From the human T2T-CHM13v2.0 reference genome, Homo sapiens, in the NCBI RefSeq assembly GCF_009914755.1, contig NC_060939.1: DNA of 64,000 nucleotides; one strand, written 5' to 3'. Shown one piece after another: positions 1 to 11,885 of the stretch. Below the pieces are notes generated by a model. It ran no database searches and had not been told where the DNA came from. It worked only from the letters and a program-made list of their open reading frames with translations. Numbering within the stretch: the first letter of the stretch is position 1; the number at the start of each line of letters is the position of its first letter. The position numbers and the translations under genes were made by a program.

Positions 1-554
1 TATAAAAACCCAGCCCAGTTCATGGCTCGTTCGGCAGCAGCCCTGAGACGCTTTACAGCCCTAGACCCTAAAAGGTCAAAAGGCCGTCTTATTCTCAATA
101 TACATTTTATTACCCAATCTGCTCCCGACATTAAATAAAACTCCAAAAATTAAATTCCGGCCCTCAAACCCCACAACAGGATTTAATTAACCTCGCCTTC
201 AAGGTGTACAATAATAGAAAAAAGTTGCAATTCCTTGCCTCCACTGTGAGACAAACCCCAGCCACATCTCCAGCACACAAGAACTTCCAAACGCCTGAAC
301 CGCAGCGGCCAGGTGTTCCTCCAGAACCTCCTCCCACAGGAGCTTGCTACACGTGCCGGAAATCTGACCACCAGGCCAAGGAATGCCCGCAGCCCAGGAT
401 TCCTCCTAAGCCGTGTCCCATCTGTGCGGGACCCCACTGGAAATCGCACTGTCCAACTCACCTGGCAGCCACTCCCAGAGCCCCTGGAACTCTGGCCCAA
501 GGCTCTCTGACTGACTCCTTCCCAGATCTTCTCGGCTTAGCAGCTGAAGACTGA
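1..554 (+). pseudogene. gag: HERV-H gag remnant (nucleocapsid with two zinc knuckles)
   Basis: ORF 204..554 contains CYTCRKSDHQAKEC and CPICAGPHWKSHC (CX2CX4HX4C) and ends LLGLAAED*. The upstream frame is broken by stops. Confidence 0.9.
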
Positions 555-599
555 CACTGCCCGATCGCCTCGGAAGCCCCCTAGACCATCACGGACGCC

Positions 600-2110
600 G
601 AGCTTTGGGTAACTCTCACAGTGGAAGGTTAAGTCCGTCCCGTTCTTAATCAATACGGAGGCTACCCACTCCACATTACCTTCTTTTCAAGGCCTGTTTC
701 CCTTGCCTCCATAACTGTTGTGGGTATTGACAGCCAGGCTTCTAAACCTCTTAAAACTTCCCAACTCTGGTGCCAACTTAGACAACACTCTTTTATGCAC
801 TCTTTTTTAGTTATCTCCACCTGCCCAGTTCCCTTATTAGGCCGAGATATTTTAACCAAATTATCTGCTTCCCTGACTATTCCTGGATTATAGCCACATC
901 TCATTGCTGCCCTTCTTCCCAATCCAAAGCCTCCTTTGCGTCCTCCTCTTGTATTCCCCCACCTTAACCCACAAGTATAAGATACCTCTACTCCCTCTTT
1001 GTCGACCGATCATGCACCCCTTACCATCTCATTAAAACCTAATCACCCTTACCCCTCTGAATGCCAATATCTCATCCCACAGCATGCTTTGAAAAGATTA
1101 AAGCCTGTTATCACTCGCCTGCTACAGCATGGCCTTTTAAAGCCTATAAATTCTCCTTACAATTCCCCCATTTTACCTGTCTTAAAACCAGACAAGCCTT
1201 ACAAGTTAGTCCAGGATCTATGCCTTATCAACCAAATTGTTTTGCCTATCCACCCCATGGTGCCAAACCCATATACTCTCCTATCCTCAATACCTCCCTC
1301 CACAATCCATTATTCTGTTCTGGATCTCAAACGTGCTTTCTTTACTATTCCTTTGCACCCGTCATCCCAGCCTCTCTTCGCTTTCACTTGGACTGACCCT
1401 GACACCCATCAGGCTCAGCAAATTACCTGGGCTGTACCGCCGCAAGGCTTCACAGACAGCCCCCATTACTTCAGTCAAGCCCAAATTTCATCCTCATCTG
1501 TTACCTATCTTGGCATAATTCTCGTAAAAACACACGTGCTCTCCCTGCTGATCATGTCCAGCTGATCTCCCAAACCTCAATCCCTTACAAAACAACAACT
1601 CCTTTCCTTCCTAGGCATGGTTAGTGCGGTCAGAATTCTTACACAAGAGCCAGGACCACACCCTATAGCCTTTCTGTCCAAACAACTTGACCTTACTGTT
1701 TTAGCCTAGCCCTCATGTCTGCCTGCAGCGGCTGCCGCTGCTTTAATACTTTTAGAGGCCTTTCCTACAAGGTCTGAGAAGGCCACGGCAGTCAGTTCTT
1801 CCCTTCTGTCAGACATAATTCCTCAGTTTAGCCTTCCCACCTCTATACAGTCTGATAACAGACCAGCTTTTATTAGTCAAATCAGCCAAGCATTTTTTCA
1901 GGCTCTTAGTATTCAGTGACAGACTAATGGTCTATTAAAAACACACCTCACCAAGCTCAGCCACCAACTTAAAAAGGACTGGACAATACTTTTACCACTT
2001 TCCCTTCTCAGTAGTCAGACCTGTCCTCAGAATGCTACAAGGTACAGCCCATTTGAGCTCCTGTATAGACGCTCCTTTTTATTAGGCCCCAGTCTCATTC
2101 CAGACACCAG
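600..2110 (+). pseudogene. pol: HERV-H pro/pol remnant (protease, RT, partial integrase), disrupted and internally deleted
   Basis: FLINTEATHS is the degenerate protease DTG motif (~642). ORF 999..1565 has RT motifs (SPYNSPILPV, LVQDL, VLDLKRAFFTIPL, PQGFTDSPHYF). The YxDD region is deleted and there are stops and frameshifts. Confidence 0.9.
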
Positions 2111-2709
2111 ACCAACTTCGACTGTGCCCCCAAATAACTTGTCATCCCTACTATCTTCTGTCTAGTCATACTCCTATTCACCGTTCTCAACTACTCATAC
2201 GTGCCCTGCTCTTGTTTACACTGCCGGTTTACACTGTTTTTCCAAGCCATCACAGCTGATATCTCCTCGTGCTATCCTCAAACTGCCACTCTTAACTCTT
2301 GAAGTAAATAAATAATCTTTGCTGGCAGGACTATGCTGAACCTCCGTAGGCACTCTCTAATTAGATGTCCTAGGTCCTCCCAATTCTTAGTCCTTTTATA
2401 CCTGTTTTTCTCCTTCTCTTATTCCATTTAGTTTTTCAATTCATACAAAACCGTATCCAGGCCATCACCAATAATTCTACATGACAAATGTTTCTTCTAA
2501 CATCCCCACAATATCACCCCTTACCACAAGATCTCCCTTCAGCTTAATCTCTCCCACTCTAGGTTCCCACGCCGCCCCTAATACCGCTTGAAGCAGCCCT
2601 GAGAAACATCGCCCATTCTCTCTCCATACCACCCCCCAAAAATTTTCGCCGCCCCAACACTTCAACACTATTTTGTTTTATTTTTCTTATTAATATAAGA
2701 AGGCAGGAA

Positions 2710-3143
2710 TGTCAGGCCTCTGAGCCCAAGCCAAGCCATTGCATCCCCTGTGACTTGCACGTATATGCCCAGATGGCCTGAAGTAACTGAAGAATCACAA
2801 AAGAAGTGAAAAGGTCCTGCCCCACCTTAGCTGATGACATTCCACCATTGTGATTTGTTCCTGCCCCACTTTAACTGAGTGATTAACCCTGTGAATTTCC
2901 TTCTCCTGGCTTAGAAGCTCCCCAACTGAGCACCTTGTGACCCCTGCCCCTGCCCACCAGAGAACAACCCTCTTTGACTGTAATTTTCCATTACCTTCCC
3001 AAATCCTATAAAACGGCCCCACCCTTATCTCCCTTTGCTGACTCTCTTTTCGGACTCAGCCCGCCTGCACCCAGGTGAAATAAACAGCCATGTTGCTCAC
3101 ACAAAGCCTGTTTGGTGGTCTCTTCCCACGGACGCGCATGAAA
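2710..3143 (+). mobile_element. HERV-H 3' LTR (LTR7, type I)
   Basis: TGTCAGGCCTCTGAGCCC start, TATAAAA 3007-3013, AATAAA 3079-3084, ends CGCGCATGAAA; preceded by the PPT. Confidence 0.97.
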
Positions 3144-4498
3144 AATTCCTTTCTATTTTGCATTATAATTATTTATACACAAATTTTATTTGCCTTACCA
3201 GTGTATAAGCTACTTCAAGGCAGCAGCTAATGTAGTATCTTGCAAATGACCAATAATCACTGGATGGATGATTCATAAAGCAAATATTTTCAGTAAATAT
3301 TTGTATGTTTAATGCTCAAGGAAAATGGCAGTATTGGATTTTAACTCAGTATAGTAATAAAAGCTCTGAAGAATAAACATTTTTAGTTTTTAAGCTCCTT
3401 GAAGGCAGAAGCTATATACAAATGTCAATTTTTTATGCTCAGGTAAGGGTGGGATGTACCAAAAGATATTTAATTAATGCCTTTGAGTCAATCTAAAATG
3501 AGAATAATTCATAACATAATCAGAATTTTTTAAATTCCAAACTAGTTCTTACTATGGCATTTTGCCCCCTTTCCACTTTTTCCTCCCCTCTGGGAACTGG
3601 AAGAGTTCCTTGAATGACCTCTTTAAATGCTAGGCTTTCTCTATAGCACGTTAGTATAAAATCTTTTTCTCCTTCTGAAAACTGGAGGGAGCTTCCTGAA
3701 TGATTGATTGGTGTGGTGTCCCCTGGACACTCTGGTGCAAACACCATGCAACCACTGATTGATGTGCTCGCTCTTTCACGAACACATTCATTTTCTCTTT
3801 TCTAACACACAATTTATTCATCCCATGATGCATTTAAGCATCCATTATCACTGTCTTTCAATTTTTAAGCAGGTGAAAAGATGAAAAGTTAATGCTTATA
3901 AGGTGGTAAGGCAAGCCTATCTTAAGTAAAAGCAGTGATTATCCCATATATCCAGAAGAGTATTTTTTCAAGAGTTTCTTTTATTCTGATTAATTACAAT
4001 TTTAAAACAACTTTGGATTGTGAAAGAAGAAAACTTAGGATGGGTGAGTGAAGCTAGAGAGAGCTGTGCTGAGTTACACATTATTAATAATACCAGGGCT
4101 GAACTGGGGATAAGGAGACAAAATTCTAGGTAAGGTCCTATGAGCCTACGAGCTTGGTAAGTCAATTAAACTTTTTGGAATTTGATTTTCTTATTTGTAA
4201 AATGTGGGGATTTAACTAGATGGCTTTGAAGGCTCCTTCCAGCTACAATGTTTTATGATCATGTAACTACCACTGATAGGTAGAAACATCACGAAAGAAT
4301 CTGACACTCATGAAAAATGTAGACGAAAGTCATTACACTTTTAGGGGGAGGCTATTCATGCTACATATTGTTAGTGTGATTTAAATATGAACCACATGCC
4401 CACTCAGGAAAAAAAAATGAACAATTTATACAAGAATCTATCAATCATTCATGATTCTATGAAATCAGAAACAATTCTCTAATACGTATGTAGTTTAG

Positions 4499-4839
<341 letters not shown>

Positions 4840-5191
4840 GGGTCATTGTTTAAATTGCGAGAAAAAGTAGAAATTTAGTTTATATTGGTTAGCTTCAGGG
4901 TTTACAAAAGAGGGAAAGCATTATCTAAGACAAGGGAAGGTTGATTTCATTTTCCAAGAAGACTTATTTCCCTCTGACGTATCACTTCAATGAACTGCAG
5001 AACAGCTCTCTCAAATCAAACAAATCAACACATTTTAACTTTTCACAAAATTAAGCATTTGAAAATCTCTTAAGAGCATCCCACAACAAAATAATTTACA
5101 GTGTTACCTATAGGACATGAAAATTAGAGAAGAAGGCTTAAGGAATATAATACAGGATGTTCTCAAGCAAATGTTGAGTCTGACAGGTAAG

Positions 5192-5557
5192 TGTCAGGCC
5201 TCTGGGCCCAAGCCTGCACGTATACATCCAGATGGCCTGAAGTAACTGAAGAATGACAAAAGAAGTGAAAATGGCCGGTTCCTGCCTTAACTGATGACAT
5301 TACCTTGTGAAATTCCTTCTCCTGGCTCAGAAGCTCCCCCACTGAGCACCTTGTGACCCCTGCCCCTGCCAGCCAGAGAACAACCCCTTTGACTGTAATT
5401 TTCCTTTACCCACCCAAATCCTATAAAACGGCCCCACCCCTATCTCCCTTTGCTGACTCTCTTTTCGGACTCAGCCCACCTGCACCCAGGTGATTAAAAA
5501 GCTTTACTGCTCACACAAAGCGTGTTTGGTGGGCTCTTCACAGGGACGCACGTGAAA
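5192..5557 (+). mobile_element. Solo LTR7-family LTR (short, 366 bp, older-type variant)
   Basis: TGTCAGGCC...CGTGAAA termini, TATAAAA 5422-5428, ATTAAA 5493-5498, perfect 5-bp TSD GTAAG (5187-5191 / 5558-5562). Confidence 0.96.
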
Positions 5558-5599
5558 GTAAGTTTCATTGGCAAGTTAAACTGGTGAACAGTTATTTCT

Positions 5600-5655
5600 T
5601 CATTCATTCATTCAAATAATACTTGTTGAGCACTTAATTGTCAGACACTGCTTCA
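5600..5655 (-). mobile_element. L2 3' end fragment
   Basis: (CATT)n followed by CAAATAATACTTGTTGAGCAC...CAGACACTG, typical of an antisense L2 tail. Confidence 0.55.
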
Positions 5656-7405
5656 AACAATCTTTTGTTAATTTTGTTTTTCCACATATTCTTACGGAGG
5701 ATGACACATCCAAATGATAATTTGGATATTTAGTTAGTCCCCATCTCCCCATTTCCTTTCCCCATTAGTGTCTCCCTTCAAATAGTATTTTTCTTCAAAG
5801 CTCTGCCTGCCTTTTAGTGAGCAATGGGATTAGCGCCAGACTGCAGTAAGCAATTTGTTCATCCTTGGAGAGCACATTTGCACTACCCCATGATACAGGC
5901 ATTTAAATGATTTTATTCGTTCACCTGTGTTGAACATTAAGGGGGTAAATTTTCAGTCCAGGGATTTGGCTTTAAAACTCCAATTGATGTTAATGAGAAT
6001 TGGTAATGAGCCCCTTCTTCTTAATTAGTGGCACCATACCTGTGACTGTAGGAGGCATGGCTCAGACGTGGGAAGCTTAACGAGGTGATAACAAGGAGAA
6101 AATGTTTAAGCCTGGATTTTGGCCTGGTCCATACTTTACTATGGAAACATACTTTAGGAGCTGATGCTTTAAAGTAATTTATTACCTAGATTTTATGGCT
6201 GCGTAGATCTTCCGTAAGAACAATTCATCTTTTCTACAAAAGTACTCTAGTTCCATAGAAAAGGAGCGAGAATATGATCATGTAGTTTTTCTCTCCTTGT
6301 TCATGTAGAGCAATTTTTATGTTAAAACAAACTATCTCTTGCTGATTCCATTTGCCTCAATTAAGGAATACCACAGCTGATAAAGCTCATTCCACACCAA
6401 GGAGCAAAATTCTTTCTCAAGGTAAATTGAACCTCCTAATATCATTCAGGATATTACAGTGATGATTTAAAGAAATAAGAGTCTGACTTTTATAGCATCT
6501 TTCTTTGAATATCATATGATCATTATGGCACATTGGTAAAAACACAAGTTTTGATCTTATATACTCTATCTACTTGAGCTGCTTCTCTTACTGCCACAGC
6601 ACATGACATAATCCAGGAAGAATAAAATGATCACAGGATAATAAAATTTCACTGTACCTAGCAAAGGACATAAAAGTTGGATTATTGATTTTGTTTGAAT
6701 GATGTGCTGTAATTTCATATGCCAACAGAGTGGAGCACAAATCCTGGCCTGCCAGCTTTCATTACTGGAACTCACTTTCTTGCTACCAAGTAACCTCAAC
6801 CAAGTCACAAGATAAATCTAGATTTCTTTACTTACTGAAAGTGAATGTCTTTAGCCCCAGGTAATTAATAGGAACTTCAAGACTAGAGAAGACCTGCTTT
6901 CAGTTGGGAGAAGGAGGGGAAACACTTCAATGGAGATGTTTTACTATTTCTTTAGTTTGCAGTTACCCCTATACTCAAAGATAAAGTAACATGCATACAA
7001 TTTATAAATCTTTATTGTATCTCTTTGCCCCCTTGAAATACTGTTTTTGGTTCTTTCAACTAGTTTCATTGTGCTGATTTTAAAAATAGTGATAATAAAT
7101 TAAAAACTATGCACCGTCAAAATAAGAAAGAAAAATCAGGTAAAAGGTCAAAGCAACTAGGTTTTGTTGCTAAATACACCATTTTGCTTCTGCTGTCATA
7201 TATTACAGAGCCAAGCCTGGAACCCTGATTAACTGTCTAACAATTAAATTTTACTGATTTAAAAGGGGGAAATGTGTGGATAACAGTATAAAATCAATGG
7301 TAAATAGTGCAAAGGGCATTAACAATGTCAGTTTGTAAGTGATGCAATCTTTATGTACTAAAAAAATTGGAAGTCCATGTGTAACTAACTAAAAGTATAC
7401 GCTTT

Positions 7406-8061
7406 TGTTGAGGCTCAGAAAATGACACTCTAAAGTGAAAGCCTCAGAAGCAGCCTAAGAAGTGGTTTCTGTCCTTCTCTTGCCCTCCTGTCTCTTACCT
7501 CTCATTCTCCCCTGAGGCAAGCCATGGAAACTAGAATCCCTTTTCTCCAAGCTGGGTCATGGAAACCAGAACCCCTTTTCTCAAAGCCATCCATAAACCT
7601 AAAATTACTACTCTAACTTTCCCCCACCTTTCTAAGAACTGGCCGTAAAGCAATTATTTGACCACTTTGTTTGATTGTAGGTTATAAGATCTCCATTCCA
7701 GTGTGGGTCCTGCCCCATACCCAGAAGGAATGCATGCTCAGAGAGGACAAGAAGAATCTGAACACACAGGCCTTGCTGGGTCCCATTCTCCACAACCTCA
7801 GTCTATTACTATTAGATCGTACCATTTTTGTCCAATCACATCTCTACACGCTCTTCTTGCTTCATCAGATCTAAAGCACCCATGCATAAAATCAGACTGC
7901 TTTCCCTCTATCTATGGGTCACTCAATCTGAAGGCTCCCATGTCATGTAAAACTTTGATTAAATAAATGTTATGCTTTTGTCAGTCTGTCTTTATTGTAG
8001 GGGTGTCAGCCATGACCTTTATGACGGAGAGGACAGGTATCACCATCTCTCTGTCCCCACA
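7406..8061 (+). mobile_element. MER39-family solo LTR (ERV1)
   Basis: TGTTGAGGCTCAGAAAA...CCCCACA termini; internal GAAACTAGAATCCC / GAAACCAGAACCCC repeats match remembered MER39; AATAAA ~7962; near-TSD CTTT/CTAT. Confidence 0.8.
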
Positions 8062-9180
8062 CTATAACAAACTTGACAAACAATCTGACATATTTAAATG
8101 GTAAGAGTTTTATAAAATAAATAATATATGCCAATGAGATTAGAATTTTACCCAATCTAGAGGAGCTATGGAAATCATTCCCAGTAATGGTTATATAATT
8201 AAAGGGCAAGTAATACTTAAAGTTTCATGCATTACAGTTTTTCTTGCTTGCTATAATAACATCTCTAATAAAAATATGTTTAAAGTATCAGCATAACAAT
8301 GAATAAACATGGAGAGATTGCAGGACTAGAGGAAACCGCAGAATTATATTACAGATTTCCAGACCTTCGGAATGTTTTATAATTACCTGAAGAAAAAGTA
8401 GTCCATACAAAGACAAATGTTAATATAGCGGCTGGACACATTAGGAAAGCATTCCCTTTACTGAACAACAAGATGGCTACATACTTTCAGGGATGAAAGT
8501 TCCTGACATGGCCCTGGAGAAAGCATCCTCTTGTGAACCTCCTCTATTCCTGTAGATAAAATTTCTCTAACACCTGAAGAAATCCTGTCATATACCAGAA
8601 AAACAGGAAAGGCTTGAGATTAGACAAAAATATTTAGATTGAAAAAGCTACATATTTAAATAAAAACAAGTTTGGGATGCAGAGAATATGGTTACATTTT
8701 CTTTTCAAAGCATAAAGTCCTTTTCTAAAAATAAAAAGAAATATTACAGATATTTAAGGAGATAGATGGTATAAATCTATGTTCCTGGGGGTAACACAGG
8801 CATGAATATATTATTCTATGTCGAATTCTTTATGGTGGAATGAATGATTATTACAACTTTTAAGACCTTCCACAGTCTTTATATTGAGAGACAAGGATGT
8901 CTCTCTGCAGGTGAGATTTATAATCTGGGTATTGCTTAAACAGAGTAGATAGTAGAAAATAATATGCCACTCCAATTTTGGAGTCGAAGAACTTTAAAAA
9001 TAGCATATTAGTTCTGAATTTGAAGCTGATAATGTCTTTTTTGTTATTACTTAAGTTTGTGTGATATGTTATAGAATGGAAAACTGGCAGAACATAAAGG
9101 TAAATTAAAATACTTATAAGCACAGCATAAAGTAGCAGGAAGAACAGTTAACCAACTTCTGATAAAATTATATAAAATAC

Positions 9181-9523
<343 letters not shown>

Positions 9524-10599
9524 ATAAAATTATATAAGATATACCCTAATGGCTTAACATTTCCAGGTGACTAGAGCTTCCTGTGTCTTCAAAGAGAAGG
9601 CCATGACAATAAGGAGTCCCACAACAGAGAAGAGAGGCTGATATTTAAAAGATGATTTAAAATGTCCCTGCCACAACGTGTGGCACTGTATAAGTCAGAG
9701 AAACTGGCATTTAATAAACATCAAACCAAGAGTTTGGGTTTATTTTTCCATTAATATTCATGTAACATGGCAGTTCAAATATATGTTGCAGGCCAATACA
9801 GCTCAAGATTTTGAAGATATAGGAAACATGCAAAAGGTTCTTACATGATATTTTATAACTAATATTGCTGAATATTTTGAATTTCTATTATCAGAATAAA
9901 ATCAGAGAAATGTTTTTTTCAAGTATTATATACCCAAACCATTAATTAAGTACCTACTATGCATCCATTCTGGGTGGATCTGAAAATATGAAGACAAACA
10001 AGATCTAGGACTAAAAAGTTCAAAATGGGAAAGGAGAAAAGGAGAAGGAAGACATATAAAATAATAAATATAATAAGAATATTAGAAGTGCTTTAGCAGA
10101 GCCACGTATAAAGCTTTGTGAGTAGGCAGAAAGGAAGCAAATTTTCACTATCATTCTAACACTGTATATGGCATTTACATTTATTTTTTAAATGTATATT
10201 CCCATATACTTCCAATAAGTTACTTACTGAGTTAGTCACTTTTGATTTGTGTTACCAATAGTTTTCATAAGTCGTGCCAAGCAATCTACACATATGTTCA
10301 ATTAGTCTCCCTTGAGAAGAAGGTCATTGTTATAAAACTGCTGGCAGGCTGTAGACACATGGATCAGTTTCTTTTTGAAAAATGCAGTGTCTCTATTTAT
10401 AAAACTAAGTTGAATACTGTTTATACAATCTCCCAAACTTGACATGCCAGTCCTGTCCTTGGTTTCTCCATTTTTCTTTCTTTCTTTCTTAAAATTTTTA
10501 AGTAATTTCAATTTTTATTTTAGATTCAGGGGATACAAGTGCAGGTTTGTTACACGAGTATATTTTCTGTTACCCCTCCTGCAACTAACTGGCTATGGA

Positions 10600-11095
10600 T
10601 TCTCATCAATTCTACATCAGAAATGTCTCTTAATATATGCCCGCTCCATTCCCAATGCCACTGCCTCAGTTCATAATCCCACTGTTTTCCTGCTTCCTTT
10701 TCTCTCATTTCTCCAACCCCAGCTGTCAAGCTTTTTTCCTAAAAAACAGGGCTGATCATGTCATTCTCATGCACAACAATTCTCTGCTCGCTTTGTGGTC
10801 TACAGGATAAAACTCAAACTTCAGAGCTCGGACATAAGGTCCTTCACACTTTGGCTCCAATCCACCACACCTGTGTACCACATCCCCTTGCCACATCCAA
10901 GATCCTACACTTAGCTTCATATCACAGATACGCTAGTCTCTCACCACTTTCCTTTGTAACTTATTAGCTGACATGTCTGCTTCCCCTCTTATGTCCTGTT
11001 GTATTGACTCATAAAATCTCAAACTCTAACCTAATGCCTTGCGTACAGTTTACCACACTGTACATTCAGTAAACGCAAAGTGAATGAAACAACAG
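10600..11095 (+). mobile_element. L2 fragments (preceded by a ~50-bp L1 3' stub at ~10512-10563)
   Basis: Degenerate L2 3'-region motifs (AAAACTCAAACT...AAGGTCCTTCAC) ending GTGAATGAA. Confidence 0.55.
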
Positions 11096-11157
11096 CACTG
11101 GCCTCGCTCATTCAATGATAACAACACTAACCATGTTACTATGCATAAATAATAACA

Positions 11158-11442
11158 GGTCGGTGTGGTGGCTCATGCCTGTAATCCCAGTACTTTGGGA
11201 GGCTGTGGCAGGTTTATCACCTGAGGTCAGGGGTTCAAGACCAGCCTGGCCAACATGGTGAAACCCCATCTCTACTAAAAATATAAAAATTAGCTAGGCG
11301 TGGTAGTGGGGGGCCTGTAATCCCAGCTACTGGAGAGGCTAAGGCAGGAGGTAGAGGTTGCAGTGAGCCAAGCTCACGCCATTGCACTCCAGCCTGGGCA
11401 ACAAGAGCCAGAGTCCATCTCAAAATCAATCAATCAATCAAC
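11158..11442 (+). mobile_element. AluS (Sq/Sx-like) with ~20-bp internal deletion and (CAAT)n tail
   Basis: Alu body lacks AATCGCTTGAACCCGG; TSD AATAATAACA; an MIR fragment follows (~11460-11620). Confidence 0.9.
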
Positions 11443-11659
11443 CAATAATAACAATAGCAAATACTTCCGTAATACAATGTGATAGACATGATTTAAGTGC
11501 TTTACCTATATCAGCCTGTTTAAGCCTCATGTCAATAGGTACTATTATTACACCCACTTATAGATGAAAAAATTGAAGCACAGAGAAATCCCCTAAATTT
11601 CCATGAAAGATAGTAGCTGGTTTTAAGAGAAACAAGCCTATAAACAAAAAAAGAAAGAA

Positions 11660-11885
11660 ACAAAGATTTTGTGTTCAAATTAGTTTTGGAAATCCTGGGT
11701 TGAGCAGAGCTAAACAAGTTTCATTACTGCAGGACTTTCTCAGAGTCATTAAACAAGCATTGTGACAATGTGAACTGCCATTAAGGGCACATTTGCCCTG
11801 ATTCTCTAGCTACAGAGGATTTTGGTGGCCAAGCATCTTGTGCGACTAGTGATCTGTGAAACATACCTTGAGAAGCACTGCTGGA
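11660..11885. mobile_element. hAT-Charlie DNA transposon fragment
   Basis: AAACAAGTTTCATTACTGCAGGACTTTCTCAGAG motif and TTGAGAAGCACTG terminus resemble Charlie-type MER elements. Confidence 0.45.

Larger units (their letters stand above)
1..2709 (+). mobile_element. HERV-H internal region (3' part; 5' LTR lies outside the window), non-autonomous deleted type
   Basis: Gag C-terminus with two CCHC knuckles, protease and RT remnants, integrase remnant ~1760-2100, C-rich/G-poor HERV-H composition. Polypurine tract AAGAAGGCAGGAA at 2697-2709 sits directly before an LTR7. Confidence 0.97.

Noticed and set aside
204-1565. HERV-H gag (116 aa) and pol (188 aa) ORFs as functional CDS
   Set aside because: Fragments of a deleted provirus with non-ATG starts, a mutated protease active site and no RT catalytic YxDD.
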